A stretch of 64,000 nucleotides of DNA from a virus (Duplodnaviria > Heunggongvirae > Uroviricota > Caudoviricetes), in IMG/VR virus record IMGVR_UViG_3300030032_000362. One strand, given 5' to 3'. The translations under genes were made by a program, and so were the position numbers. Positions 1 through 9,549 of the stretch are shown piece after piece (position 1 is the stretch's first letter; each line of letters begins with the position of its first letter). The notes beneath the pieces are model-generated. The model had not been told where the DNA came from and did not search any database. It worked only from the letters and a program-made list of their open reading frames with translations.

Positions 1-417
1 GGACGAATTAGATGGGGTCTGCGATGTTGCCGGAGTTTTCTTTTCTTCTAGCGTACATACAATTGATGGGGCCGGAGAGTCGCTGGAAATATTAAACACA
101 GAAGCGCAGGTAACATTGTAATTTTTATCCGGATTATCAATTACCCGATAATTTCCATACGGAATTTCATATCTGCCCTCAAACTGATTAGACTGACTTA
201 ATGGGAAACGATATATTTTTCCGGCATCAATCTCTTGGATAAAAACATAGACACCATTTCCATCTTCTGACTCCATGCATTTTTTCAATGTGTTCTGGTC
301 ATATTTTTGTAACACAATTCCAATCGAGCCGGTATTTTCTGCTGCAGATGCTACAGAAACCGTTATTGGAAACATGAACAATGATAAAATTAACAATAAT
401 ATACTTACCTTTTTCAT
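1..417 (-). CDS. Secreted protein, partial; its C-terminus runs off the window start
   Basis: ATG at 415-417 overlaps the stop of the upstream gene (ATGA). The translation begins MKKVSILLLILSLFMFPITVSVASAAE, a typical signal peptide, and the frame stays open to position 1. It is absent from the ORF track because no stop codon lies inside the window. Confidence 0.5.
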   Translation of the reverse strand, partial: MKKVSILLLILSLFMFPITVSVASAAENTGSIGIVLQKYDQNTLKKCMESEDGNGVYVFIQEIDAGKIYRFPLSQSNQFEGRYEIPYGNYRVIDNPDKNYNVTCASVFNISSDSPAPSIVCTLEEKKTPATSQTPSNSS

Positions 418-1034
418 AAATAGCTCCTTCCTTGTGTAAATTTAGGGCCAAATTCAGCTTCATAAGCATCTCGTTTTCTTTTCTTTTCTTCTTCCCGCTC
501 GTAAAAAGCTTCTTGACGCTCTCTTGCTTTTATTTCTGCAACAATTGCATTGTAATTTAAGTCATGATTTTGAAATCCTAAAATATCATCAACCATGAAG
601 GTAATGCGGACCCTGGTTGGAAGTTCTTTTAAATTGTCGGAACATAATTCCCACGCAATAGGATTTGCCATTACAACATGATATTTTCCTTTTAATTCAA
701 TTGGAATAAATGAAAATTGAATTGTCGGATAAACATCGCTTTTTTCATTAAGCTGCTGTAACTTTTGTGTATTCTCTTGCAATAATTGATAGCATCGCAA
801 TAAGTTAGAATCGTTTGCGTTTTGAAAATATATGTCCACGGTTAATACATCTCCATATCTCTCAAACTTAAAATTAGCTCTCATAAAAGTGGCTTTTGTA
901 TCCAGCTGAATTGCTGTATCTTCTTTACATTCACCGGTAGAAATAATAACAGCAGTATTTGCTGTATGTTGATTATTTTCTTTTAAACAACACGCTGCTA
1001 ATATTTCTATAACAGAAAGTTCCTGTTCTGGCAT
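414..1034 (-). CDS. Hypothetical protein; start corrected from 1172 to the internal ATG at 1032-1034
   Basis: The ORF track extends to 1172, but the conserved promoter motif (1067-1080) and an AGGAGG RBS lie inside that extension. AGGAGG sits 8 nt before the ATG encoding MPEQELSV. Confidence 0.5.
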   Translation of the reverse strand: MPEQELSVIEILAACCLKENNQHTANTAVIISTGECKEDTAIQLDTKATFMRANFKFERYGDVLTVDIYFQNANDSNLLRCYQLLQENTQKLQQLNEKSDVYPTIQFSFIPIELKGKYHVVMANPIAWELCSDNLKELPTRVRITFMVDDILGFQNHDLNYNAIVAEIKARERQEAFYEREEEKKRKRDAYEAEFGPKFTQGRSYL

Positions 1035-1066
1035 AATAACGCCTCCTTTCAAAAAATCTTCTAAGT

Positions 1067-1080
1067 TTAATATGTCTGTC
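1067..1080 (-). promoter_or_regulatory. Conserved promoter-associated motif TTAATATGTCTGTC (functional orientation GACAGACATATTAA)
   Basis: One of at least 25 near-identical copies in the window. It lies 33 bp upstream of the ATG at 1034. Confidence 0.6.
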
Positions 1081-1154
1081 CGAAAGAGAAAATTCATACA
1101 AACATAAGTCTTCCTAGAAACAGTAATTAGTAGCTGCTCCTTGTGTCCCTCAGG

Positions 1155-1205
1155 TCTACAATACCTATACATATAGTCTGTGAAAAAATGAGGGTGGTAA
1201 TGAAA
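1155..1205 (-). promoter_or_regulatory. Long variant element (B-type), copy 1 of 3
   Basis: About 50 bp, CCCTCAGgtCTAcaATACCTATACATATAGTCTGTgAAAAAATGAGGGTGGTAA. It is nearly identical to the copies at 12395-12455 and 44005-44060 and contains AACAGACTATATG, which is related to the core motif. Confidence 0.5.
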
Positions 1206-1308
1206 TATATCATTTTTATCTTAAAATCAACGAGTTTTCGCCATTTTAAGGTTTATGTTGAAAAGAAAACAAAAATATTTTATAATAAAAAAGAAGGGAG
1301 GAATAAAA

Positions 1309-1656
1309 ATGACAATTAAAGAGGTAATCGCAAGGGAAAATGTTATTATAACCTTAGACGATGGCACGGAAATGGATTCAGAAAAAACTCCGGAAGAATT
1401 GCTGTTTATTCTTTCAAAAGGAAACACAATTAAAGATTTAGACCACGATGAATTAACAAAAGCTTTTGTTGATGGCTGTGAGAAAGACATGATGAAAGCA
1501 TTCGTTCAAAACTATGACTTTTGGTTAGGGCGATACGAAAGTGGTTATTGGGACAAAGAAACATTTGAAAAACGATTGGGTAAAACAAAAGACCATCCTT
1601 TCCGAAGAATTTCTGATGGAGAGGAAATGTGGGAAACATTAAAAAAGAGTTTATAA
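1309..1656 (+). CDS. Hypothetical small protein (115 aa), one of the few plus-strand genes
   Basis: GGAGG RBS then ATG at 1309 (MTIKEVIARENV). The track ORF 1255..1656 has been trimmed to this start. Confidence 0.5.
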   Translation: MTIKEVIARENVIITLDDGTEMDSEKTPEELLFILSKGNTIKDLDHDELTKAFVDGCEKDMMKAFVQNYDFWLGRYESGYWDKETFEKRLGKTKDHPFRRISDGEEMWETLKKSL

Positions 1657-1664
1657 CAAAAAAG

Positions 1665-1695
1665 AGTAGACATTATGCCTACTCTTTTCTTATTA
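1665..1695. terminator. Bidirectional rho-independent terminator
   Basis: AAAAGAGTAGacattatgCCTACTCTTTTCTT, a 7-bp stem flanked by an A-run and a T-run. It sits between convergent genes 1309..1656 (+) and 1706..2164 (-). Confidence 0.5.
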
Positions 1696-1705
1696 TGAGA
1701 AAAAT

Positions 1706-2164
1706 TTATTTTTCGCTCGGATATGCAGTTAGAATCTTCCAACCTCTTTCCGAATTGTCTTTGGCTAAAACAATGCTGGCATCCTCTACCATCATTGTTT
1801 TCCCACTTCTGAGCATCAATTTACCGGTAATTTCTTCACATTCTTCTGGCAAATTAAGTACCAGTTTAGTTCTTACTGGGCTCAACAACCATTCTGAAAT
1901 ATCACTTTGGTTTAACTCATCAGAAAGAACCATTGAAACATAGTTTTCAGCATCTTCTAAGGTGTAAAATGTAGATGCCATATTAACATCTCCATAAGAT
2001 AACCTCGCTGATAACTGCGCTTCACTCAAACCTACATGACACCATAAAGCATGACCATTATTGCTTTCTGCTTCTGCTAAAAACAATCCAACGGTCGACC
2101 TGATGTATGGTACTACATATTTTACTCTGTGTTCCTCGATTCTTGAATATATTGATTTTGACAT
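1706..2164 (-). CDS. Hypothetical protein (152 aa)
   Basis: Complete ORF with an RBS; no motif recognised. Confidence 0.45.
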   Translation of the reverse strand: MSKSIYSRIEEHRVKYVVPYIRSTVGLFLAEAESNNGHALWCHVGLSEAQLSARLSYGDVNMASTFYTLEDAENYVSMVLSDELNQSDISEWLLSPVRTKLVLNLPEECEEITGKLMLRSGKTMMVEDASIVLAKDNSERGWKILTAYPSEK

Positions 2165-2187
2165 AATTTGTGTCCTCCTTTAAATTT

Positions 2188-2601
2188 TTAATACTGTTTA
2201 ATTTTTCTTATCTCGTTTGCAGCAACTATATTGTAATTGCCGGCTCCTTTTGGGGAAAAACGATAATATATATTACCGTCAGTACCTTTTAATACTTCCG
2301 TAATCATGCCCTTAGAGCCTTTTTTGCTTCCAAGAGCTGCATATTCCCCTAAATCAGCAATAATTTGAACAAAATCACCTTTTTTAAACTTTTTCATTCG
2401 CTTAAAAAGATTAAAACTTGCGTCAATCAGGACATGCGCGCAAACTGTCCCACATAACACAATGTAAAAGAATCCAAACCCATGAAAAACACACTCTTCA
2501 TGAGCCGAATGAATAAGAAATGTCCAAATAAATGCGATAATCATACCGCAAACTAACGAAATACCTACAGTTACCACCTTTTTTGAATTAAATTTTGACA
2601 T
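2188..2601 (-). CDS. Small membrane protein (two N-terminal TM helices)
   Basis: Hydrophobic N-terminal segments VVTVGISLVCGMIIAFIWTFLI and FFYIVLCGTVCAHVLI. GGAGG RBS. Confidence 0.45.
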   Translation of the reverse strand: MSKFNSKKVVTVGISLVCGMIIAFIWTFLIHSAHEECVFHGFGFFYIVLCGTVCAHVLIDASFNLFKRMKKFKKGDFVQIIADLGEYAALGSKKGSKGMITEVLKGTDGNIYYRFSPKGAGNYNIVAANEIRKIKQY

Positions 2602-2629
2602 AATTTGTGTCCTCCTTTTAAATATTTAT

Positions 2630-3007
2630 TTAATTTTCATACCAGAGCTGTTTTGAGGCTTCATCCTCAAAATAAAGTTTACCAGACACTTTATTTGTAA
2701 AATAAGCCTTTACAAAATAATCCGGATACATCTCATTAGACATAGATGAAAATGCACGAATTGAGACATCATATCCTTTTTCAAGTAACAAATCAATTAT
2801 TTCATCACAAGGCTTTTCATCTGTTGTAATATAGCAACTTGTATTTCCGGATGAAATAGATTGGTTTACCTTTTCAATTGCCTTACGAATCTGTTCTGGC
2901 TTCATTGCTTTATATGCCTCTTTCGCTGGCAATAAGTCCATAGCAAGAAGTTCCTCCTGCTTAACTTCAATTATTTCTGTTCTTTTTGCTCTTTTAAATA
3001 ATTTCAT
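2630..3007 (-). CDS. Hypothetical protein (125 aa)
   Basis: Complete ORF; GGAGGACAC RBS upstream. Confidence 0.45.
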   Translation of the reverse strand: MKLFKRAKRTEIIEVKQEELLAMDLLPAKEAYKAMKPEQIRKAIEKVNQSISSGNTSCYITTDEKPCDEIIDLLLEKGYDVSIRAFSSMSNEMYPDYFVKAYFTNKVSGKLYFEDEASKQLWYEN

Positions 3008-3029
3008 AATTGTGTCCTCCTAAAAATTT

Positions 3030-3344
3030 TTACATGTTTCCAACCATATAATTACGGCTGGAATATTTTCTTTTCACTTTCTTTACCACTTCCGGACGCT
3101 CTGCCTGAGCTTTTGATAAAATTGGCATTGAAAGTTTGTTTTTCCTTTCTTCGCGAAGATTATAAGCTTCTACCACCTTCTGGTGATAGAGATTACCCGG
3201 AATCTCCTGTTCAAAAGAAATTGTAGCTTCCTTTTCGCCAATTTCAACGGAATAACAAATTGGTTCTCCGTCAAAACGGCTGCGATTCAACACCTCGCAG
3301 AGATACGGAATCATTTTTTTCTTTGTTTTGAATTTTTTTCTCAT
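3030..3344 (-). CDS. Hypothetical small protein, paralog of 9659..9895
   Basis: Both share the N-terminal pattern K-IPYL-VL-R---DG--I. AAGGAGGG RBS. Core promoter motif 34 bp upstream. Confidence 0.45.
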   Translation of the reverse strand: MRKKFKTKKKMIPYLCEVLNRSRFDGEPICYSVEIGEKEATISFEQEIPGNLYHQKVVEAYNLREERKNKLSMPILSKAQAERPEVVKKVKRKYSSRNYMVGNM

Positions 3345-3377
3345 TTTGTGCCCTCCTTATTGTTATAAATGATATTA

Positions 3378-3390
3378 TTAATATGTCTGC
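3378..3390 (-). promoter_or_regulatory. Conserved promoter motif copy (TTAATATGTCTGC)
   Basis: Lies upstream of the 3030..3344 operon, immediately after the VirB4 terminator. Confidence 0.6.
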
Positions 3391-3400
3391 TGAACTATAG

Positions 3401-3432
3401 CGACAAAAAAAAGAAGCCCCGAAGGGCCTCTC
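3401..3432 (-). terminator. Rho-independent terminator downstream of the VirB4 gene
   Basis: Minus-strand reading GAGAGGCCCTTCGGGGCTTCTTTTTTTT. Confidence 0.6.
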
Positions 3433-5853
3433 TTAATGTAAATCTGCTACAAAATCTTCCGGCTTTGTAGTCATTGCTTTATATAATTTCGTGTCTGACG
3501 GAAATTCATCAATAAATGGAATCATATTCTTTCCATCATAAATCAATCCTTGTCCATAACCACCATTTGTGATATACGAAAGCTGATTGTCGGAAATTGA
3601 ATAAATTTCCTGTAGTGTATCACGGTTAATCGGTGATTGTGATAATAAATATACAAAGGTGCAGTTATTAATTAATGCACGTGCTTTTTCGCTTGCTAAA
3701 AGGTCTTCCACATCTTGCGTAATACCGGTTGGAAGAGCTCCGTATTTACGTGCCATTTTGTACACTTTTTTTGTAAATTCAGCCGTACTGTCCAAATGTG
3801 TCAACAAATGGAATTCGTCCAAATAAATCCATGTTCGAATACCCTTTTTGTGATTTTCAATAATCTGGTTCCATAAGTTGTTAAAGCAAATAGTTAATCC
3901 CCATTCACGCATGTTGTCGCCGATGCCGGCAATATTATAACTTACAATACGCGAATTTGTATTTACGTTCGTCCGATGAGAAAACTTATCAAAGCTCGTA
4001 ATATACAATTCGAGAGCCGTTGCAATTTCCGTTGCTTCCATCTCTTCCTGCCCCATTAATATTTCATATAAATCTTGCAGCGTAGGCATTGCGTCTCTAT
4101 CAATTGTGATAGATGGGTCTTTTGCCCGTAGCTCCGTGATATGTTTCATATAATCACGATATACTAAACGTACACATCGGTTAATGATAGTTTTCTGAAT
4201 CGGGCTTAACCCATACATACCGCCTAGTGCAATTTCACAAATACTGCATATGTAATCTGATTTTACTGTAATCGGGTCGCCTTTTTCAGAATAACCTAAA
4301 TCCATATCCATTGGATTAAGATAATTGTCTTCATTAATATCAATCTTAACCTCTTCACCGCCAAGCAACTTCATCATTGGCGAGTACTCACCCTGCGGGT
4401 CAACGACATAAATACAATCATTTGTATTAAGTGCAACCTGATACATTTCTCGTTTAGCAGAAAAAGATTTACCGGTTCCCGGCATACCTAAAATAATGCC
4501 ATTACCATTAACCGAGAATTTACGATTATGGAAAATCATATTTCTGCTGACAGCATGTAAGCCATAATAAAATCCATCTTTTTGCATCAATTCTCGTGTT
4601 GAATATGGAACGAACGCACTGGTTTCTTCTGTCGTTGAAAGTTTGCTCATTTCGCTTGTGGACATAACGCATAACGGCAGAGAATCTTTAAAACCAAGTT
4701 CCTGTAAGGCATTCATGATACGAAACTTACATAAATGCTTTTCAACTACAGATTGAATTGTTTTAGTTTGTGAATCCAATTCCTCTTTTGAATCCGCATA
4801 GTGCATAACCAAAACATTTGTTAAAAACATTTTTTGGTCTTCTTCGGTGATGTCCGCCAACAAAAGGTCTGCATCTTTATATGCCTTTTTCACTTTTTCC
4901 GGAATTAATTCAGCAGAATAATTTCCTTTCACCGCCGTTTTTTGTGCTTCCATTACATCTTTTTTTGTTTTTGTCAATTGCCGCTCAACTAACTTTGTGG
5001 ACATTGCCGGGTCAAGAGGCTCAATATTGATTGTAGTAATCATATTAATCGGCAAATCCGTAATGTCCGAAATAATTTCCGGTGATAAACGAGTAACTGT
5101 TTCATAACGCAGTTTTAAAACACAGGCATATTTTTCATCCATTCTTATATAAGATGGGCGGAAAGAGAAAGACATTGGACCAATTAAGTCTTTCGTAGAA
5201 AGTCCATGCTTTTTCATATTCATATAATTAAATGTTTCTGCTTCTTTTCCATCAATATTTGCTCTGCGATAGAAATTACCCTCATCCCGATTCATAATGC
5301 TGTATAACAATTCAAGCCGTTCAATCAATGATAATTCAATCGTATCTTCATTTGATACATTCTTAATAGTCTTATTGATATTCGCTTTTAATGTATTAAA
5401 TCGAGATATAGCATCTTCTACGTTTTCTGCTTCAACGCTTAATGTCAAATATTTCAAATGCTGAATATTAGAACGTCCTTCTTTTGATTTTTCAATCAAA
5501 ATCTGATTATGTTCTTCACGATATTCGTCCAATGTATCGCCTTTCATCCGGCATAAAATATTTTTTTCAAATGTTTTTTTGCCCACTCGTTTATTATCAA
5601 TTGTTATCTGCATCAACATAGATGGGTCTAACAAATTAACTAAATCACGAAACATTTCCAAAATCTGTTCTGCATCTTCATCGGACGAAGTTTTCAAGTC
5701 AATATCTGTCAACCGAAAAGTTTTTGTAAAATATCCTTCCTCTGTTTCGATAATACCATCTTTATAAGCCCCTATATATGGTATTGTTTCCTGAACTGTT
5801 CGGCTGATTTTAAACTTTTTAGGACGTTTTTTTGTTACATTTTTCTGTTTCAT
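3433..5853 (-). CDS. virB4: Type IV secretion ATPase, VirB4 family (TcpF / Tn916 Orf16 / PrgJ-like)
   Basis: 806 aa. Walker A GILGMPGTGKSF. The N-terminus (ETIPYIGAYKDGIIETEEGYFTKTF) and overall length are typical of Gram-positive VirB4 homologs. Confidence 0.85.
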   Translation of the reverse strand: MKQKNVTKKRPKKFKISRTVQETIPYIGAYKDGIIETEEGYFTKTFRLTDIDLKTSSDEDAEQILEMFRDLVNLLDPSMLMQITIDNKRVGKKTFEKNILCRMKGDTLDEYREEHNQILIEKSKEGRSNIQHLKYLTLSVEAENVEDAISRFNTLKANINKTIKNVSNEDTIELSLIERLELLYSIMNRDEGNFYRRANIDGKEAETFNYMNMKKHGLSTKDLIGPMSFSFRPSYIRMDEKYACVLKLRYETVTRLSPEIISDITDLPINMITTINIEPLDPAMSTKLVERQLTKTKKDVMEAQKTAVKGNYSAELIPEKVKKAYKDADLLLADITEEDQKMFLTNVLVMHYADSKEELDSQTKTIQSVVEKHLCKFRIMNALQELGFKDSLPLCVMSTSEMSKLSTTEETSAFVPYSTRELMQKDGFYYGLHAVSRNMIFHNRKFSVNGNGIILGMPGTGKSFSAKREMYQVALNTNDCIYVVDPQGEYSPMMKLLGGEEVKIDINEDNYLNPMDMDLGYSEKGDPITVKSDYICSICEIALGGMYGLSPIQKTIINRCVRLVYRDYMKHITELRAKDPSITIDRDAMPTLQDLYEILMGQEEMEATEIATALELYITSFDKFSHRTNVNTNSRIVSYNIAGIGDNMREWGLTICFNNLWNQIIENHKKGIRTWIYLDEFHLLTHLDSTAEFTKKVYKMARKYGALPTGITQDVEDLLASEKARALINNCTFVYLLSQSPINRDTLQEIYSISDNQLSYITNGGYGQGLIYDGKNMIPFIDEFPSDTKLYKAMTTKPEDFVADLH

Positions 5854-5867
5854 AATAATACCCCTCC

Positions 5868-6236
5868 TTATTTAAAACGTTGCATTTCTTTGTCTTTTGA
5901 TTTTTTGGTTTTGATTACTTTTTTCTTGATTTTATAGCCGCACTTGTAAGTTCTTACTTTAGGCGATAACAAAGTTGGCAAAGCGCATTTTGCAAACTTT
6001 TCAATATGCATCCCATAAAATTTCCCCCAGCCAACAATAACAAAAGGAATCATTACAGCAATTAAAAGAAAGCCATTTTGGTCAGACATCATTTCAATAT
6101 CCGCAAAAAATATTGCTTTAATCAAATAAAAACACAAAAAACCTACGACAAGGCAGAATGCTTCTCGTGTAGAAAAAGGTCCAACTAATTTTTCTTTATA
6201 CTTGCGAACATCTCTATTTATATTTATCTTTTTCAT
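5868..6236 (-). CDS. Small T4SS membrane protein (VirB3 / PrgI / Orf17-like by position)
   Basis: 122 aa with two TM helices, immediately upstream of VirB4. That is the conserved position of VirB3-like genes in Firmicutes T4SS loci. Confidence 0.45.
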   Translation of the reverse strand: MKKININRDVRKYKEKLVGPFSTREAFCLVVGFLCFYLIKAIFFADIEMMSDQNGFLLIAVMIPFVIVGWGKFYGMHIEKFAKCALPTLLSPKVRTYKCGYKIKKKVIKTKKSKDKEMQRFK

Positions 6237-6275
6237 AAAAACTCCTTTCTTCCCCTGCCTAAACAGGGAACAATA

Positions 6276-7304
6276 CTATACTCCTGCAATGTCGTTCGCC
6301 AAACCTTGCGATTTCAATATCAACATCACTTCAGTAAAAATAACAATTAAGCAGGTAAATCCGGCGCCAATCATCGGTCCAATAACACTAGAACCATCTG
6401 TTCCGATTCCGTTTAATGCACCGCCAACAAGATTCGAGCAAACCATGCTGCCGGCATTTAAGATTCCGATAATTACAGCTCCTTGAATACAAGAGGCAAA
6501 AAATTTCTTTACATAAACCAATCCTCGGCCGGAAAATCCTTCTTGAACCATACTGATGCATCCAATAGGGGCCCATCCGCCGCGAACCATAATGTCAATA
6601 ATTCTTCCGTAGCATGTAGCATAAATAACTAGATTCAAAATTCGCGCAATAACATATGGGAAGAATGCTAAAAAAGTAATAACCCAGTCTGTAAGAGTGC
6701 CGGAATCCGACAAAACATAACCTAGCTTATTTAAGAAATCTATAATTCCTTTTGGGGCTGGAGCCGCGCTAACCGAGTCTGCTAAGGCATTTCCGATAGC
6801 AACAATTGCCTTTAAAATGTTATAACCGTTATCCATTAATGTTTTTGCGATAAAGAATTTAATTAAAAGACGAATTACTTGTTCAAAATCAAATCCATTG
6901 CGAGTTGCCTTGTCCAACAAATCCATTAAAAACATAACAACTAAAAGGGCTTCGCCCGCTAAAGCAACTGTGTCATAAGTTGTTTTTATCTGGTCATTGA
7001 TAGAGTTAATAAAATCACTTCCAGTTAAAGCGCTTTTCATATCATCCACTACACCATTCGCCACAATATACTTAAAAAAATCATATGGCGTTGTTTCACA
7101 GGCAGCATCAACACCGGTAGGATATTGACCATCCTGCTTGTAATTATCCGCTGTAACAGCCGGCTCCTTCATGTACTTTTCATACTCTTCATCAGCCGCA
7201 AATGCATGATTAACGGTTAATCCCGATAAAAAAATCGTATATATAAGAAAAGTCAGAAAAAACATTTTTATCTTTTTTCGTTGTTTACACATGCATAAAA
7301 ACAC
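6276..7304 (-). CDS. Polytopic membrane protein with signal peptide (VirB6 / PrgH / TcpH-like by position)
   Basis: 342 aa. N-terminal signal sequence then several TM segments. It occupies the VirB6-like slot upstream of VirB3/VirB4. Confidence 0.4.
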   Translation of the reverse strand: MFLCMCKQRKKIKMFFLTFLIYTIFLSGLTVNHAFAADEEYEKYMKEPAVTADNYKQDGQYPTGVDAACETTPYDFFKYIVANGVVDDMKSALTGSDFINSINDQIKTTYDTVALAGEALLVVMFLMDLLDKATRNGFDFEQVIRLLIKFFIAKTLMDNGYNILKAIVAIGNALADSVSAAPAPKGIIDFLNKLGYVLSDSGTLTDWVITFLAFFPYVIARILNLVIYATCYGRIIDIMVRGGWAPIGCISMVQEGFSGRGLVYVKKFFASCIQGAVIIGILNAGSMVCSNLVGGALNGIGTDGSSVIGPMIGAGFTCLIVIFTEVMLILKSQGLANDIAGV

Positions 7305-7316
7305 CTTCCTTTCTTG

Positions 7317-7826
7317 TTACGTTACTTTTACCCATTTCAAAATAGTTGTTACGCTAAAAGCAATTGCTCCGCCAAATAGCAGTTTGAGTCCTTTACTAAT
7401 TCCATCTGAGTTATCCTGCGCAAAGCCGAGGCCTGTAGAAAGACCACCATAAAGCGCAATAACAGCACCGATTACCTGTATAACAGATTCAATTGTTTTT
7501 AAAACATCTTTGAGCTGTGTTGAATCACCCATAAAAGTTCTTATATTTGCTAAAACCGCCCCTGCCGCTAATTCAGCAATGCCTTTTGAAAGCTGCTCTG
7601 CCTGGTCAGATGTCATAGCGATACCAAATTTCCATACACCAAGAACTAAAAAAACATCTCCAATCGTTTCTACGACTGGATATAAGTATTTGTTGCTCAA
7701 TACGCCAATTTTAGCGGCCGCTACTGCGCTGTCGGCGTAACCAACAGTAATGGATAAGGTTAAAATCGTAATCAAAAGAAGAAAAGAGAAAAAAAATTGT
7801 TTTTTTTGTTCATATGTTAATTTCAT
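7317..7826 (-). CDS. Pilin-like small membrane protein (VirB2/TrbC-like), paralog A
   Basis: Signal peptide plus two hydrophobic helices. The C-terminal half (IGAVIALYGGLSTGLGFAQDNSDGISKGLKLLFGGAIAFSVTTILKW) is about 70% identical to the neighbouring gene. Confidence 0.4.
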   Translation of the reverse strand: MKLTYEQKKQFFFSFLLLITILTLSITVGYADSAVAAAKIGVLSNKYLYPVVETIGDVFLVLGVWKFGIAMTSDQAEQLSKGIAELAAGAVLANIRTFMGDSTQLKDVLKTIESVIQVIGAVIALYGGLSTGLGFAQDNSDGISKGLKLLFGGAIAFSVTTILKWVKVT

Positions 7827-7892
7827 TCAATTTCCCCTTTCTATTGGGCGAAACTAATTTCCCGCCCAATAAGTTATTTTTTTAATAATTTT

Positions 7893-8285
7893 TTAGCCTT
7901 TAAAAGCAATCCATTTCAGAATGGTCGTGGTGCTAAACGCAATCGCTCCACCAATCAAAAATTTAAGTCCACGACTTTGTCCATCCGGATTATCTTGTGC
8001 ATACCCTAATCCTGCCGTTCCGCCGCCAAATAAGGCAACAACAGCGCCAATTACCTGAACAACAGTAGCTGCTATTTTAGGAAATTCATCAAGCCCAGTA
8101 ACTTTACTTTTTTCATTGATTTTTGTTACATTAATCGCTTCAGCACCGGATATTGATGATGCAACCATAAGCCCAACCATCATACAAAAAAGAGCTAAGC
8201 TGATTCCGTTTCTTTTGAACCATTCTTTTGCTCTTGTTTTGAATGGCTTTTTTTCTGTTACTTTTTGTTTACATGGTATTTTCAT
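7893..8285 (-). CDS. Pilin-like small membrane protein, paralog B
   Basis: The track ORF starts at TTG 8318. A better start is ATG 8283-8285 (MKIPCKQK), preceded by a GAGGA RBS. It has a long basic signal-peptide n-region and the conserved C-terminal block shared with 7317..7826. Confidence 0.4.
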   Translation of the reverse strand: MKIPCKQKVTEKKPFKTRAKEWFKRNGISLALFCMMVGLMVASSISGAEAINVTKINEKSKVTGLDEFPKIAATVVQVIGAVVALFGGGTAGLGYAQDNPDGQSRGLKFLIGGAIAFSTTTILKWIAFKG

Positions 8286-8332
8286 ATAAAAATTCCTCAC
8301 TTTCTCCCCGAAGGGCAATATTTTTTACAGAT

Positions 8333-8346
8333 TTAATATGTCTGTT
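8333..8346 (-). promoter_or_regulatory. Conserved promoter motif copy
   Basis: TTAATATGTCTGTT, about 48 bp upstream of ATG 8285. Confidence 0.6.
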
Positions 8347-8414
8347 TCGATAAGGAATTTTTAAATAACAAAAAAAAGACCCGGAAAACCGAGTCTCTTT
8401 CTGAGTATATTATA

Positions 8415-9344
8415 CTAATTATCCTTTGTTACAATAGAATTTGCGCCCTGAACCGTAATCCAACCATGAGATTTTCTAGCCTGTGCCAGCTCATAATCAA
8501 TCAGTTCTTTTGTCAAACTGTTAGAAATCTTTTTGTTCGCATTTGCTTCTGCATTGGACGAAATTTCCTTTGCTTTGGCATCTGCTTCTGCCTGCCGCTG
8601 CTTTACTTTGGCATCTGCTTCTGCTTTTTCAACAGATTTTTTGTTGTTAATCTGCTGCGTCTCGTATTCAATCTGCGCCTGCTGCTTTTTCGAAATGCGT
8701 TTATCATATTCTTTGTCAAATCCAATCTGGCTGATAACTACTTTGTTAATCTTAATTGTGTTTTCGCCGTATTTCCCATCAATAGACTCCTGCAATACTT
8801 TTAAAGTTTTTGGCTCAATCACGCTTCGATTTGTTACATCAACTGGATTTAATGTTTTAGATGCAGACTTAACAGCAGACGCTACTAACGTTTCCGGAAT
8901 CAAATTATCCGCATTTGTTACATTTGCGTAAATCCATGCAGAACGCTCCGGTAAAATCTGACAAGTTACGGTAATATCCGAAAACTGTACTGTGTTTCGT
9001 TCACTTGTTTCTGATTCAATAAGTGAATCTTCATAATATTTAACATCCTGCTGCTTGTTGTTAATCAATTCAATATGTTGCACAAAAGGCATTTTAAAAT
9101 TCAATCCATTCGATAATGGACGGTTATCAATCTGTCCAAATTTGGACGACACTCCGGTATAACCGGTTGGAATAATGGTAAATGACTGTCCGAGAACAAT
9201 AACTAAAATGCCTAATACAATTAAACTTGCCGGAATTGATTTTTTTACTTCTTCCTCTTCATAAGCTTTGTACATTATGTACCCAATTGAACTAAGTGCA
9301 ATCAGCACTCCAATAATAGTTACTACAATTTCCATTTCATTCAT
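8415..9344 (-). CDS. SPFH/band-7 family membrane protein with C-terminal coiled coil
   Basis: N-terminal TM helix. GYTGVSSKFGQIDNRPLSNGLNFKMPFVQ fits the prohibitin/stomatin core. The C-terminus is K/E/A-rich (AEADAKVKQRQAEADAKAKE). Confidence 0.5.
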   Translation of the reverse strand: MNEMEIVVTIIGVLIALSSIGYIMYKAYEEEEVKKSIPASLIVLGILVIVLGQSFTIIPTGYTGVSSKFGQIDNRPLSNGLNFKMPFVQHIELINNKQQDVKYYEDSLIESETSERNTVQFSDITVTCQILPERSAWIYANVTNADNLIPETLVASAVKSASKTLNPVDVTNRSVIEPKTLKVLQESIDGKYGENTIKINKVVISQIGFDKEYDKRISKKQQAQIEYETQQINNKKSVEKAEADAKVKQRQAEADAKAKEISSNAEANANKKISNSLTKELIDYELAQARKSHGWITVQGANSIVTKDN

Positions 9345-9549
9345 CCTTTCTTATTCATTTAACTTTACAGTTTCCTATTTTTCTTCTACATAATAATCTC
9401 CTTTCTACTAATCCCTGACGCACAAGGCCCAACGCAGTAATAGCAATTTAGTCAGGGAGTGCTGCGTTTTTTTCGAATCTCTTCGATTTGCTAACCTATC
9501 CATCCGCAGATGTAATAGGACCATATATGAATTAACTCTCTCTACATAC

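Noticed and set aside
414-1172. The full 252-aa version of ORF 414..1172
   Set aside because: The N-terminal 46 codons overlap the promoter motif (1067-1080), the long variant element (1155-1205) and the RBS of the internal ATG at 1034. The real start is almost certainly the internal Met.
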